Source: Cyanobacteria bacterium UBA4641
GTDB lineage: Bacteria; Cyanobacteriota; Vampirovibrionia; Gastranaerophilales; Gastranaerophilaceae
Length of the DNA: 64,000 bases
Direction: 5' to 3'
Assembly: GCA_002405805.1 (NCBI GenBank)
Contig: DHMN01000028.1
Location: 4,163 to 68,162, forward strand
In this document: piece by piece, positions 46,358 through 54,625 of the stretch
Numbering within the stretch: position 1 is the stretch's first letter
How the letters are laid out: every line of letters starts with the position of its first letter
Made by a program: the position numbers and the translations under genes
Notes under the pieces: model-generated
What the model saw: only the letters and a program-made list of their open reading frames with translations
Told to the model about the DNA's origin: nothing
Database searches by the model: none

Positions 46358-47518
46358 ATGAAGAAAATCCTGAGCTTTATAATTATGTTTACAATGATAT
46401 TTTCTAATGCGCTAATGGTTACTGCCGATGAGCCTTTAAAAGGTACGGTTTCAGAAACCGGACAATACAAAAATGACCAAAGTGACATTTTTACAGGCAA
46501 AGTCGAAACCCTTAACCGCAAAGAAATAATAAACATGACCGTTTCACAGGTTTTGGATTCGTCCATTTCCATTGAAGGGGATGAGTTTTTCGCCGAAGTT
46601 ACGGATGATGTTTATAGCAACAAAGGCATAATCATTCCAAAAGGAACACTTGCACACGGAAAACTTACAAACACAACAGCTCCGGGAAGAATGGGTAAAG
46701 AGGCTACGATGGATTTGTCTTTTGACTATTTAGTCACTCCTGATGGGCGCGAAATTCCGATAGAAGGAACAATGACAACAAAACTTCACCCAGTAACTCA
46801 AGGTGCTAAAATTGTTGCTCAAGATGTTGGCTATACTGTTGCAGGTGGTGCTGTAGGTGGTCTGATGGCACTAAATTGGCTTGGACTGGGGGCTGCAATT
46901 GCATCTCAAGGATATACATTAGCAGGCGGTGCGGCAGTAGGCGGTGTTGCAGGTTTGAGCGTTGCACTAATCAGAAAAGGCAACCACGTACTAATTGCTC
47001 CCGGAGATGAAATTAAGGTTAAAATAAACACTTCTGTTGATTTACCTGTATATAAAGAAGATGCACTTAAACAAGAAGAAGTTTTGTATAAAGGTTTAGA
47101 CATAAATATAAATAACATAAAACACGAAAAAGACCCATTTGGGGAGGTTAATACAATTACTTTGACCGTTTTGATATCAAATATGTCGGACAAAACACTT
47201 TCCGGCTTTGATATGGCATTGGTAAACGATTACAACGCAAAATTCAGCCCATCAATTTTTGGAAACACAAAATTGATGTTTCGCCAAATAAAACCTGGCG
47301 ACAAGCTGGTTGAAAATGTTTCATTTGCCGTTGATAATATCAACAGAAAATATTGGTTGACTTTTTATGACAGAAAAACCAATCAGGTAATAACAAAAAT
47401 TTCTGTCGATAATGCTTACAGAAATTTACCGGAAAAAGTTAAAAAGAAAAACGAAAAAATACGAACAAAAAAACGTAATTACAAAAAAGACGAAGACTTT
47501 ATGGATATGGATTTTTAG
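46358..47518 (+). CDS. Secreted protein with a TrbI/VirB10-like beta module, a glycine zipper and a C-terminal domain (module paralog B)
   Basis: Signal 'MKKILSFIIMFTMIFSNALMVTA'. 'VLDSSISIEGDEFFAEVTDDVYSNKGIIIPKGTLAHGKLTNTTAPGRMGKEATMDLSFDYLVTPDGREIPIEG' resembles the TrbI/VirB10 barrel pattern. 'GYTVAGGAVGGLMALNWLGLGAAIASQGYTLAGGAAVGGVAG'. 'LIAPGDEIKVKI'. Lys-rich tail. Confidence 0.6.
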   Translation: MKKILSFIIMFTMIFSNALMVTADEPLKGTVSETGQYKNDQSDIFTGKVETLNRKEIINMTVSQVLDSSISIEGDEFFAEVTDDVYSNKGIIIPKGTLAHGKLTNTTAPGRMGKEATMDLSFDYLVTPDGREIPIEGTMTTKLHPVTQGAKIVAQDVGYTVAGGAVGGLMALNWLGLGAAIASQGYTLAGGAAVGGVAGLSVALIRKGNHVLIAPGDEIKVKINTSVDLPVYKEDALKQEEVLYKGLDININNIKHEKDPFGEVNTITLTVLISNMSDKTLSGFDMALVNDYNAKFSPSIFGNTKLMFRQIKPGDKLVENVSFAVDNINRKYWLTFYDRKTNQVITKISVDNAYRNLPEKVKKKNEKIRTKKRNYKKDEDFMDMDF

Positions 47519-47628
47519 TCCCTTATTTGCCCCATTATACTTGTAGTTTTGTAAATTTTTAAAGAGGGGACTTGTAAAAAATCTATTTTATATTACAATT
47601 ATAGTAAATAGTACAGTAGGAGGAAAAC

Positions 47629-47973
47629 ATGGTCTGCGGATCTCTCGAAATCGAAATTTTAAACACTTTTTGGAACTTAACAGCTATTGATGAAGATGTT
47701 GATATCTCAATTCAAGACGTAGTAGATGAGTTGTCTAAAAACGGCACCGAAAGAGCTTATACAACGATTAAAACTGTAATGGACAGACTTGTTACAAAAA
47801 GTATTCTTGTAAGATATAAGGTTGGTAAAAAATTCTTCTATAAAGCAACTATGGACAAACGCGAAATGGCATTAGATATGATGCATGAGTTTGCTGATAA
47901 TTTCTTTAACGGTAATTATGCCGATATGGTTCGCTTTGTTGAACATGAAACAGTTGAACTGTTAGTTAAGTAA
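47629..47973 (+). CDS. BlaI/MecI/CopY-family transcriptional repressor
   Basis: 'EIEILNTFWNL..ISIQDVVDELSKNGTERAYTTIKTVMDRLVTKSILVRYKVGKKFFYKA' is the penicillinase-repressor winged helix. Confidence 0.7.
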   Translation: MVCGSLEIEILNTFWNLTAIDEDVDISIQDVVDELSKNGTERAYTTIKTVMDRLVTKSILVRYKVGKKFFYKATMDKREMALDMMHEFADNFFNGNYADMVRFVEHETVELLVK

Positions 47974-47978
47974 TAAAA

Positions 47979-48365
47979 ATGAGCGGAAATATTTCTGATA
48001 GAAAAACTGTCGCAGATTTGTTGCGACGAGTTCGGCTTGGTTATTGCAGTGTGAAAGATGCGTTGATGTTGTACCCAAAAGATACGACAGATGAGAGTCT
48101 TATTGCGGCTTATCATGCGCTTATTCACTACGAGGCAGACGAAGATATCAGAAGACGCGACAGTTTATATAAAGAAGAACAGGATGACTACATAGAATTT
48201 TTGTCATATATTTTAGACAGGGGAGAAGACCTGCCTGAAAATATTATTGCAAACTATAAAAAATACTATGATTCAGCGCCGATTCTTCACAAAAATACCC
48301 CATCAGGATTTTTCAAAGGTTTTTGGAAAACATTAAATACAGGATTTAGAAGGAGAAAGGAATGA
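47979..48365 (+). CDS. Hypothetical cytoplasmic protein (128 aa)
   Basis: Occupies the position where a BlaR1/M56 sensor is normally found, but it has no TM helix and no HExxH. ATGA overlap with the next gene. Confidence 0.5.
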   Translation: MSGNISDRKTVADLLRRVRLGYCSVKDALMLYPKDTTDESLIAAYHALIHYEADEDIRRRDSLYKEEQDDYIEFLSYILDRGEDLPENIIANYKKYYDSAPILHKNTPSGFFKGFWKTLNTGFRRRKE

Positions 48366-49405
48366 AAAAGTTATTAGTATCACTGGCAATTTTAGTTGCT
48401 ATGATTGGCGGACTTTCATCAGCACAAGCTCAAGAAATTAAGTCTATTGAAGTTTTGCCTACAATGAATACACAAAGCACAGCTCAAAACAGAATTTGGG
48501 TTGGAACTTTTCAACTTGTTTGGAACGAACTTACTGATAAAATTGTAAAAGCACCTGTAAAATTCTTTGATTTTGATTCACAAATGGCAACTGATTTGAA
48601 CCAAAAGCAGTTCAAAAAATCAAACATAAATGCAAAATCATATTATGTAAAATCTGGAATAGTTTCACCTGCTTTAAAAGCTGAAATCGAAAAAAATATC
48701 AAAGCAAAATTCAACGAAACAAGCGAGATTTTAAAAATGTTTGATTTTGCATACAATCCGGACAAAATTTTTGTTTACGCAATGCTAAAGAAAGATTTCA
48801 AATTCACAAATGCGTTTGACAAACTATCAACAAGCAACTTCGGCAACAGTCGCGAAATGGTTAATTACTTTGGTATAAACGATAACAGCAACAAAAAATT
48901 ATACAAAAACGTAAACGTATTATTCTATAACGGTTATGACGATTTTGCCGTAAAACTTTATACAAAAGGCAAAGACGAAGTATTGCTTTATAGAACAAAT
49001 GCCGATGAAACTTTTGACAAATACTATGCTGAAATGAACGAAAAAACCACAAAATATAGCGGTGACAGAAACTTTGTTAAAAACGATACTTTGACTGTTC
49101 CTGATATCAAATTGTATCAAGAAACAAGTTTTGATGAACTTGAAGGACACCAAATTATCGGCACAAATATGCAAATCGACAAAACTATCGAAACTGTCGA
49201 CTTTAGAATGAATAACGAAGGCGTTAAGCTAAAAAGTGAAGCAGCTATTATGGTAAGATGCACATCTCTTGCACCTCGCGATGGTAGAGATTTCACATTC
49301 AATAACAACTTTGTACTGTTCTTAGTTGAAAAAGGTCAAAAAACACCTTACTATGCAATGAAAGTAAGTGATGTCGCAACCCTAAACAAAACAGGCAGAG
49401 AATAA
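48362..49405 (+). CDS. Secreted serpin-like protein
   Basis: Signal 'MKKLLVSLAILVAMIGGLSSAQA'. The C-terminus 'VDFRMNNEGVKLKSEAAIMVRCTSLAPRDGRDFTFNNNFVLFLVEK' resembles the serpin hinge/RCL/'F.aD.PFlF.i' region. 'IFVYAMLKKDFKFTNAFDKLST' resembles 'N.iyFkg.W..pF....T'. Confidence 0.45.
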   Translation: MKKLLVSLAILVAMIGGLSSAQAQEIKSIEVLPTMNTQSTAQNRIWVGTFQLVWNELTDKIVKAPVKFFDFDSQMATDLNQKQFKKSNINAKSYYVKSGIVSPALKAEIEKNIKAKFNETSEILKMFDFAYNPDKIFVYAMLKKDFKFTNAFDKLSTSNFGNSREMVNYFGINDNSNKKLYKNVNVLFYNGYDDFAVKLYTKGKDEVLLYRTNADETFDKYYAEMNEKTTKYSGDRNFVKNDTLTVPDIKLYQETSFDELEGHQIIGTNMQIDKTIETVDFRMNNEGVKLKSEAAIMVRCTSLAPRDGRDFTFNNNFVLFLVEKGQKTPYYAMKVSDVATLNKTGRE

Positions 49406-49424
49406 TATAAATAGATTTTATAAT

Positions 49425-49740
49425 GAAAGCTTAGAAAATTTGCGGTCGAAAAATCTCACGCAAATTTTCTTGCTATTTAAGGGGATTAAAATAAACAGGT
49501 CAGTATGTCCGCCCCTAGTGGGCGGACCGAAATCTCTGATTTCGAGGTGGGGGATTATGACATATTTGTTGTGGATTACCACGTCATTCCGTCAAGACTT
49601 GTGATAAAATTCAACTACGCCTCGCATTAAACGTGTCTCCGAGCCTGACAACATATCCTGCAGATAGCCAATCAAATTGGCAGGCTGCTCCGCACTCTGC
49701 TCGGCTTGGTTTTCCTCGTAATAACGTAAAAAGCTTGCCC
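49425..49740. repeat. Mosaic of repeat modules in a gene-free region
   Basis: Reverse-oriented copy of the tagcaagaaaa..tttctaagc module (gaaagcttagaaaatt..aattttcttgcta). Hairpin gtccgccc-ctagt-gggcggac. gggattatgac..ggattaccacgtcattcc. The tcgcattaaacgtgtctcc..cgcactctgctc module is shared with 43281-43333. Confidence 0.65.
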
Positions 49741-49886
49741 TCTTGCCTTTCGTTGAATTGTAACAAATTCTTAACATACACATCAAAAAAATTAAAGTTT
49801 CACATAAAAAGTGTCGATATATAAAATGTAATTAAACAAAACTAATTTTCCTCCTTTTTCCCCTACTACTAACTAACCTACTAAAT

Positions 49887-49910
49887 GGAACCCTAATCGG
49901 TTCCTTTTTT
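49887..49910 (+). terminator. Orphan plus-strand terminator
   Basis: ggaacc-ctaatc-ggttcc followed by tttttt. No convincing plus-strand CDS upstream. Confidence 0.5.
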
Positions 49911-49925
49911 ATTGACTAAAAAAGT

Positions 49926-49950
49926 GGGCGAAGGCTAAATGCCTTCGTCC
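49926..49950 (-). terminator. Terminator of the cupin gene
   Basis: Minus strand: ggacgaaggc-attta-gccttcgccc followed by acttttttag. Confidence 0.6.
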
Positions 49951-49975
49951 TTTCGTTATGACCAAACGAACTATA

Positions 49976-50281
49976 CTAAATTTTCACCAACAAAAACTTT
50001 GAATCCTTTTTGGCAAATACTTTATGCTCAGTATCTTTTTTAAACATAATCATCTCACCTTTATCAAGGGTAAATTTTTCGGCATCAAAATGCAATTCAA
50101 TTTCACCATCAAGAACATACACAGCGGCATCTTCAACAGATGTATGAGTGTCGATAATTTCATTTTTCTTTATTGCAACGATATTCAAACTGCTGGTGTT
50201 ATGCTCCATCAGAGTTTTTCTTTTGAATGGTTCATTATCCAAATGAACAAGTTCTTTTGCTTTTAAAACATTGTAAAACAT
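49976..50281 (-). CDS. Cupin-domain protein
   Basis: About 100 aa with a beta-barrel pattern 'IIDTHTSVEDAAVYVLDGEIELHFDAEKFTLDKGEMIMFKKDTEHKV'. Confidence 0.6.
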   Translation of the reverse strand: MFYNVLKAKELVHLDNEPFKRKTLMEHNTSSLNIVAIKKNEIIDTHTSVEDAAVYVLDGEIELHFDAEKFTLDKGEMIMFKKDTEHKVFAKKDSKFLLVKI

Positions 50282-50354
50282 TAAAATTCCTCCTGTTTTG
50301 TTTCAAATTCATTAAAACAACTACAGAAGGAATTTTCATTCGACATTGTGGGGA

Positions 50355-50831
50355 TTAATTAATTTTCAAACTTTTCAACCATTGGCTAACATCGGCATCG
50401 GTTGCAGAATCTTCGTAACTGGTAAATCCTGTTTCAACTGAGGCTGATGGCGCAAGTTTTTGCATATCCGAATAAGTTTCAGATGCTCCGCCACCACCAT
50501 GAGTGCAGAACGGCGCAATTGTTTTTCCGCCAAAATCGTTATTTGCGATGAAAGATTTCACAGCAGGAGCCATTGTATACCACCAAACCGGAGTTCCGAT
50601 AAATATTGTATCGTATGATGAAACATCACCGTTTTCAACCAATTCCGGCAATATGTTTTTCATTTTTTCTTCTTTTGCTTCATTTACAACTTCATTGTAT
50701 GAATTTGGATATTCTTTAACTGTTTTAATTTCAAAAATATCACAATCTAATTGTTTTTGAATTTTTTCGGCTACAGCCTTTGTGTTTCCTGAGAATGAAT
50801 AAAATGCTACTAAAATTTTTTTATTTGACAT
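50355..50831 (-). CDS. Flavodoxin-like protein
   Basis: 'KILVAFYSFSGNTKAVAEKI', 'IFIGTPVWWYTMAP', 'FCTHGGGG'. Start at the ATG with SD aaggag. Confidence 0.8.
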   Translation of the reverse strand: MSNKKILVAFYSFSGNTKAVAEKIQKQLDCDIFEIKTVKEYPNSYNEVVNEAKEEKMKNILPELVENGDVSSYDTIFIGTPVWWYTMAPAVKSFIANNDFGGKTIAPFCTHGGGGASETYSDMQKLAPSASVETGFTSYEDSATDADVSQWLKSLKIN

Positions 50832-50978
50832 AAATTCTCCTTTCATCATAGTATTATTTTAAATCCTGATAGTTACTCTCAGTCAAGTGTTGATTTTTAA
50901 TTGTTAAAATTATTAAATATTGGCAAAAATTTTTATTCACGGTTTTATTTATGATAAAATAACTGTGCAAAAAGGATA

Positions 50979-51776
50979 ATGAATATGCGAATACCCCCAA
51001 TAAGACATAATCCAGCGGTAACTACCGCCGTTTCGATTGTAAAAAATGGCAAACACGCCGTAAAACATGTTGTGAAACAAGCCGTTAAACAAGCTATGGC
51101 GCAAACTTCAAAATACGCAATGCCATTGCCTAAAAAAGAAACTAACAAAGCTGTAACAGTTTTATTAGCGGCAACAACACTGGTTCCGCAAATCAGTACA
51201 AGATTAGCCAAAATGGCAAGTGAACACGCAGAACCGATTGTGAATAGCGGTGATACATTTATTCGCAGAGCACCAACTAAAAAAGTTAAAGCAGCCGCAA
51301 AAAAAATTGTTCGCCCAAGTATTCCAAAATCAGCACGGACAGCAAAACTTATGGGTACAATAGAAAATTATGATGATAGCTTAACATCATCTTTTAACGA
51401 ATTGCTACTGGATAACGAAAAGAAGAAAAATCCGCTAAATGGCAAAGCTAAAGTATTTTTGAAAAAAGCAAAAGAATACAATGTTAATCCTGCGGTTTTG
51501 ATGGCAATTGCAATGCACGAATCTGCAAGAGGAGCATCCGAGGCTGCAAAAGTGAAACGTAATGTTGGCGGTGTAATGGGCGCTAAGGGTTTAAAGAAAT
51601 TTAAAAGCGTAGATAGTTGTATTGAAGAAATGGCGCAAATTATCTCTAAACATCACCAAGAATCTAATATTAATACCGTTGAAGAGTTGGCAAATGCCGG
51701 CAAATACTGTACAAAATCCGAAGCCAAAGAGTGGACAACCGGAGTAATGTATTACATACAAAATCTTTTGAGCTAA
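50979..51776 (+). CDS. Glucosaminidase/FlgJ-like peptidoglycan hydrolase domain protein
   Basis: 'AKEYNVNPAVLMAIAMHESARGASEAAKVKRNVGGVMG' resembles the mannosyl-glycoprotein endo-beta-N-acetylglucosaminidase block (..a.lESgwG.S.la...nN.fG). The N-terminus is basic and Ala/Lys-rich. The start is uncertain. Confidence 0.5.
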   Translation: MNMRIPPIRHNPAVTTAVSIVKNGKHAVKHVVKQAVKQAMAQTSKYAMPLPKKETNKAVTVLLAATTLVPQISTRLAKMASEHAEPIVNSGDTFIRRAPTKKVKAAAKKIVRPSIPKSARTAKLMGTIENYDDSLTSSFNELLLDNEKKKNPLNGKAKVFLKKAKEYNVNPAVLMAIAMHESARGASEAAKVKRNVGGVMGAKGLKKFKSVDSCIEEMAQIISKHHQESNINTVEELANAGKYCTKSEAKEWTTGVMYYIQNLLS

Positions 51777-51851
51777 TCAAAATAAAACCCGACACCTGCA
51801 ATCAATGCAAGTGTCGAGCTTTTGGGTGATGAAGATTAAACTAAGTTCCGG

Positions 51852-53879
51852 TTATTCGTTACAACCGAATGCAATAGTAACGTGTTCCCTAGGATTTACT
51901 GCAGATATTTTATATCCGCGAGGGTCAACAAGGTAAGCAAATTCATCACCTGTAGTTTGGAACAAGCCCATAGTACCAGATAGAGCAGTTCTTGTTACGT
52001 CAATCGGTGCCTTAACGGTTTCAAACAAACCATCGCCCAAACTTCTTGCAGCAGCTCCGAATTGACCTTGGAAAGCGTGACCGAGCATATAACCTGCATC
52101 GTTAGATACGTTTTCTACAGCGTTACCAACGTTTGTGATGATACCGCCTGCAGTTCTACCGACAACACCAACCAAAGAACCTGCCCAAGTGAATGGCATT
52201 TCAACTACTCTTGCTACAGGGTTTACATTTTTAGATTTATTTACCTGAGCTTGCAAGATTTGTTTAGGTAATTTAGTTTTGCAATCACCGTTTTTGATTT
52301 CTGTGAAAGCAAGTTTCAATGCTCCTTTTTCACAGCCTGAAGGTCTGATTACTTCAACAACCTGACCTGTAACGGTTGAACCGCAAGGATAAGTTACGCC
52401 GTTGATAGTAATATCTTCAAGAGTGTTTGCTCTAAAGTATTGACCTACGTGAGAAGATTTTGCTGTCAATTGGTCAATCATTGAAAGTTTCAATGTTGGG
52501 ATTTTTACGATTTCTTCGTGTTCAATCAACGCATTTTTCTCTATCGGACAAGCAGGACAAATATTGTTTGCTGTTTTCGGATTTGTGTCATAACCAAGAG
52601 CTACACGAACAGTTTGCATCATTGATGCGATATCAGCACGAGATGCATCTTTGTTTGGCATAATCATGTTTGGTGTAGGTGAATCTTTCAATGCACCGTT
52701 TTGCAAAGATTTTGCTACAGGAATTCTTGCCCATTCAGGAACTTTGTTTCCGTCAGCATATTTGCTCAAGATTTCATTCGCTTTACATTTATCGATGTCA
52801 CAGTTCATACCTTTTGCAATTGATGTCAACGCTTCTACACGTGAAACATTTGCTTTTGGTTTGAATGTTTTGTTTGGATAACCTTTCAAAAGATTTTCGT
52901 CAACGGCTTTTGCAATTGCAACATTTGCCCAGTTGTTACGCGGAACATCTTTGAACATTGTTTGTCTATCCATATCACAATTCATGTTGAAACCTTTAAC
53001 AAGCATTGTTGCAAATTCAGCACGAGAGATGTTTCTGTTTGGCTTGAATAATCCATCAGGATAACCTACAACAACATCATTTGTTGCCAATTTGTCGATA
53101 TCACAAGCTGCCCAATGACTGTTAGGAACATCAGGGAACATACAACCGCCTAATGGAGCTGCTGCACCTGTGATATTTTGAATTTGTTGCGGAATTTCAT
53201 AAGGAATTAATGTCTTTTTAACCGCATTAATTGAATTTGCAGATTGAATGTCTATTGGACAAGCATTGCCATCCATTTTACGTTCGTTTCTGTCTATTGT
53301 TATACCATTATATTTGTTAGGCTCTTCGTTCAAGCATGGCATTTGAGCAGCCGCACCTGTAACTTGTCCGTCAGTTGCAACTGTTGCACCGCTGATGTTT
53401 GAAGACATTCTGCTTGCAGGACAGCCTTTCAATTGTTTTTCTGTTGAAAAGATTGAGTTTGCAGGTTCTCCGACATAGTTGTTTGTACCGTATACAGCTT
53501 GCGGATAGCCATAAACTTGTTTCATTTCAGCTTTGTCAGGTTTTCCTGTTTGCGGACACAATGCAGTTGATGGAACAGCTGGTTTGTCACAGCTTATTTC
53601 ATCAGGGCATCCGCAATCTTTCTTCTTGGCTGGACATGGGTCTTTTTTCTTGCAAGGTGCTTCTTGCTTTTTGCATCCACACTCAGGCAAAGCTTTTTTA
53701 CACTTTGTACAAGTTTGTGGTTGAGCTTGTTCCACAGGACATGCAGGACCTGTAACTACCGGTAATTGTTCGGCAGGTGCAGGTGTTTTGCATGGGCAAG
53801 CTGCCATTACTGGAGTCAAGGAACACGTTGCTATTCCAAGCGTAATAGCAGCTGCCAGAGTTAGTTTTTTAATTGACAT
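51852..53879 (-). CDS. SLH-domain envelope protein with an N-terminal Cys/Pro/Lys-rich region and a C-terminal beta plus glycine-rich module (module paralog C)
   Basis: Signal 'MSIKKLTLAAAITLGIATCSLTPVMA' (SD aaggagg). Three SLH repeats ('FPDVPNSHWAACDIDKLATNDVVVGYPDGLFKPNRNISRAEFATMLV', 'FKDVPRNNWANVAIAKAVDENLLKGYPNKTFKPKANVSRVEAL', 'YADGNKVPEWARIPVAKSLQNGAL'). C-terminal 'CGSTVTGQVVEVIRPSGCEKGALKLAFTEI' plus 'WAGSLVGVVGRTAGGIITNVGNAV'. Confidence 0.85.
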   Translation of the reverse strand: MSIKKLTLAAAITLGIATCSLTPVMAACPCKTPAPAEQLPVVTGPACPVEQAQPQTCTKCKKALPECGCKKQEAPCKKKDPCPAKKKDCGCPDEISCDKPAVPSTALCPQTGKPDKAEMKQVYGYPQAVYGTNNYVGEPANSIFSTEKQLKGCPASRMSSNISGATVATDGQVTGAAAQMPCLNEEPNKYNGITIDRNERKMDGNACPIDIQSANSINAVKKTLIPYEIPQQIQNITGAAAPLGGCMFPDVPNSHWAACDIDKLATNDVVVGYPDGLFKPNRNISRAEFATMLVKGFNMNCDMDRQTMFKDVPRNNWANVAIAKAVDENLLKGYPNKTFKPKANVSRVEALTSIAKGMNCDIDKCKANEILSKYADGNKVPEWARIPVAKSLQNGALKDSPTPNMIMPNKDASRADIASMMQTVRVALGYDTNPKTANNICPACPIEKNALIEHEEIVKIPTLKLSMIDQLTAKSSHVGQYFRANTLEDITINGVTYPCGSTVTGQVVEVIRPSGCEKGALKLAFTEIKNGDCKTKLPKQILQAQVNKSKNVNPVARVVEMPFTWAGSLVGVVGRTAGGIITNVGNAVENVSNDAGYMLGHAFQGQFGAAARSLGDGLFETVKAPIDVTRTALSGTMGLFQTTGDEFAYLVDPRGYKISAVNPREHVTIAFGCNE

Positions 53880-54136
53880 TTTTACCTCCTTGTTTGTGTG
53901 AGTTTTGTTTAAAATAAACAAAAGTTTTATTTAAAAAACAAACTTATACCAGATTATGTACTTTTCAGGAGGTTTAAAACATTAGCGAAAGTAACTATTC
54001 GACAGGCTAATATTTGAACTACTAATATTGTAACAATTTATTGCAAACACTTGCAATATAAGCAAAATTTTTGTATTCTATTTGTTTATATATATGTGTG
54101 TGAAGTTTCAAGCAGTTTACTGCGTGAAGGAGTGTT

Positions 54137-54283
54137 ATGTACAGCAAAGAATTTATGAAATTTTTGTTTGAATATCAAAAAGATGATTTTAAACCTAAAG
54201 AACCTGAATGTCGTGAAATTAGGTTTAAGAGTAACCGTGGTGGGAAATTAGCAGAAGTTTTCGTTACTGAAAAATGTGAATAA
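54137..54283 (+). CDS. Possible small ORF (48 aa)
   Basis: MYSKEFMKFLFEYQKDDFKPKEPECREIRFKSNRGGKLAEVFVTEKCE. ATG preceded by gaaggag. Below the ORF-track size cutoff. Confidence 0.35.
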   Translation: MYSKEFMKFLFEYQKDDFKPKEPECREIRFKSNRGGKLAEVFVTEKCE

Positions 54284-54318
54284 TTTACAGACTTTAAACC
54301 CCATTTTTAGTCGAAATT

Positions 54319-54537
54319 TTATAATGTAAAATTTAGCAAATCTATAATAGTGGTATCAAGAGCCTCGGAAATCCTAACCAAGGTTGAATATTTGGGGTCG
54401 ATTGTGCCACATTCTATACGACTGATAGTTCGCGTTGTCAGTCCGGTTTTTAGCGACAAATCAAGCTGAGAGAGATTTTGTTTATTTCTCAGGTATTTTA
54501 TTTTGTAACCAAGTTTTAGAAAATCTTCATTATTCAT
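54319..54537 (-). CDS. XRE-family HTH transcriptional regulator
   Basis: 'IKYLRNKQNLSQLDLSLKTGLTTRTISRIECGTIDPKYSTLVRISEALDTTIIDLL'. Confidence 0.85.
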   Translation of the reverse strand: MNNEDFLKLGYKIKYLRNKQNLSQLDLSLKTGLTTRTISRIECGTIDPKYSTLVRISEALDTTIIDLLNFTL

Positions 54538-54554
54538 TTTCTAATGATATATTA

Positions 54555-54583
54555 TTGACAAACTTAAAGCGATATATTATACT
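54555..54583 (+). promoter_or_regulatory. Sigma-70-like promoter for pilin-like paralog 4, flanked by a 10-bp direct repeat
   Basis: ttgaca, 17 nt, tatact. gatatattat occurs at 54546-54555 and 54571-54580, overlapping the -35 flank and the -10. Confidence 0.5.
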
Positions 54584-54625
54584 TCTATTATTAGACATAA
54601 AGTATATAAATAAGTAGAGAAGATA

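Noticed and set aside
49592-49824. Two mutually overlapping ~63-aa ORFs on opposite strands
   Set aside because: Both lie inside repeat modules shared with 43281-43333 and other loci. They have no SD and are most likely non-coding.
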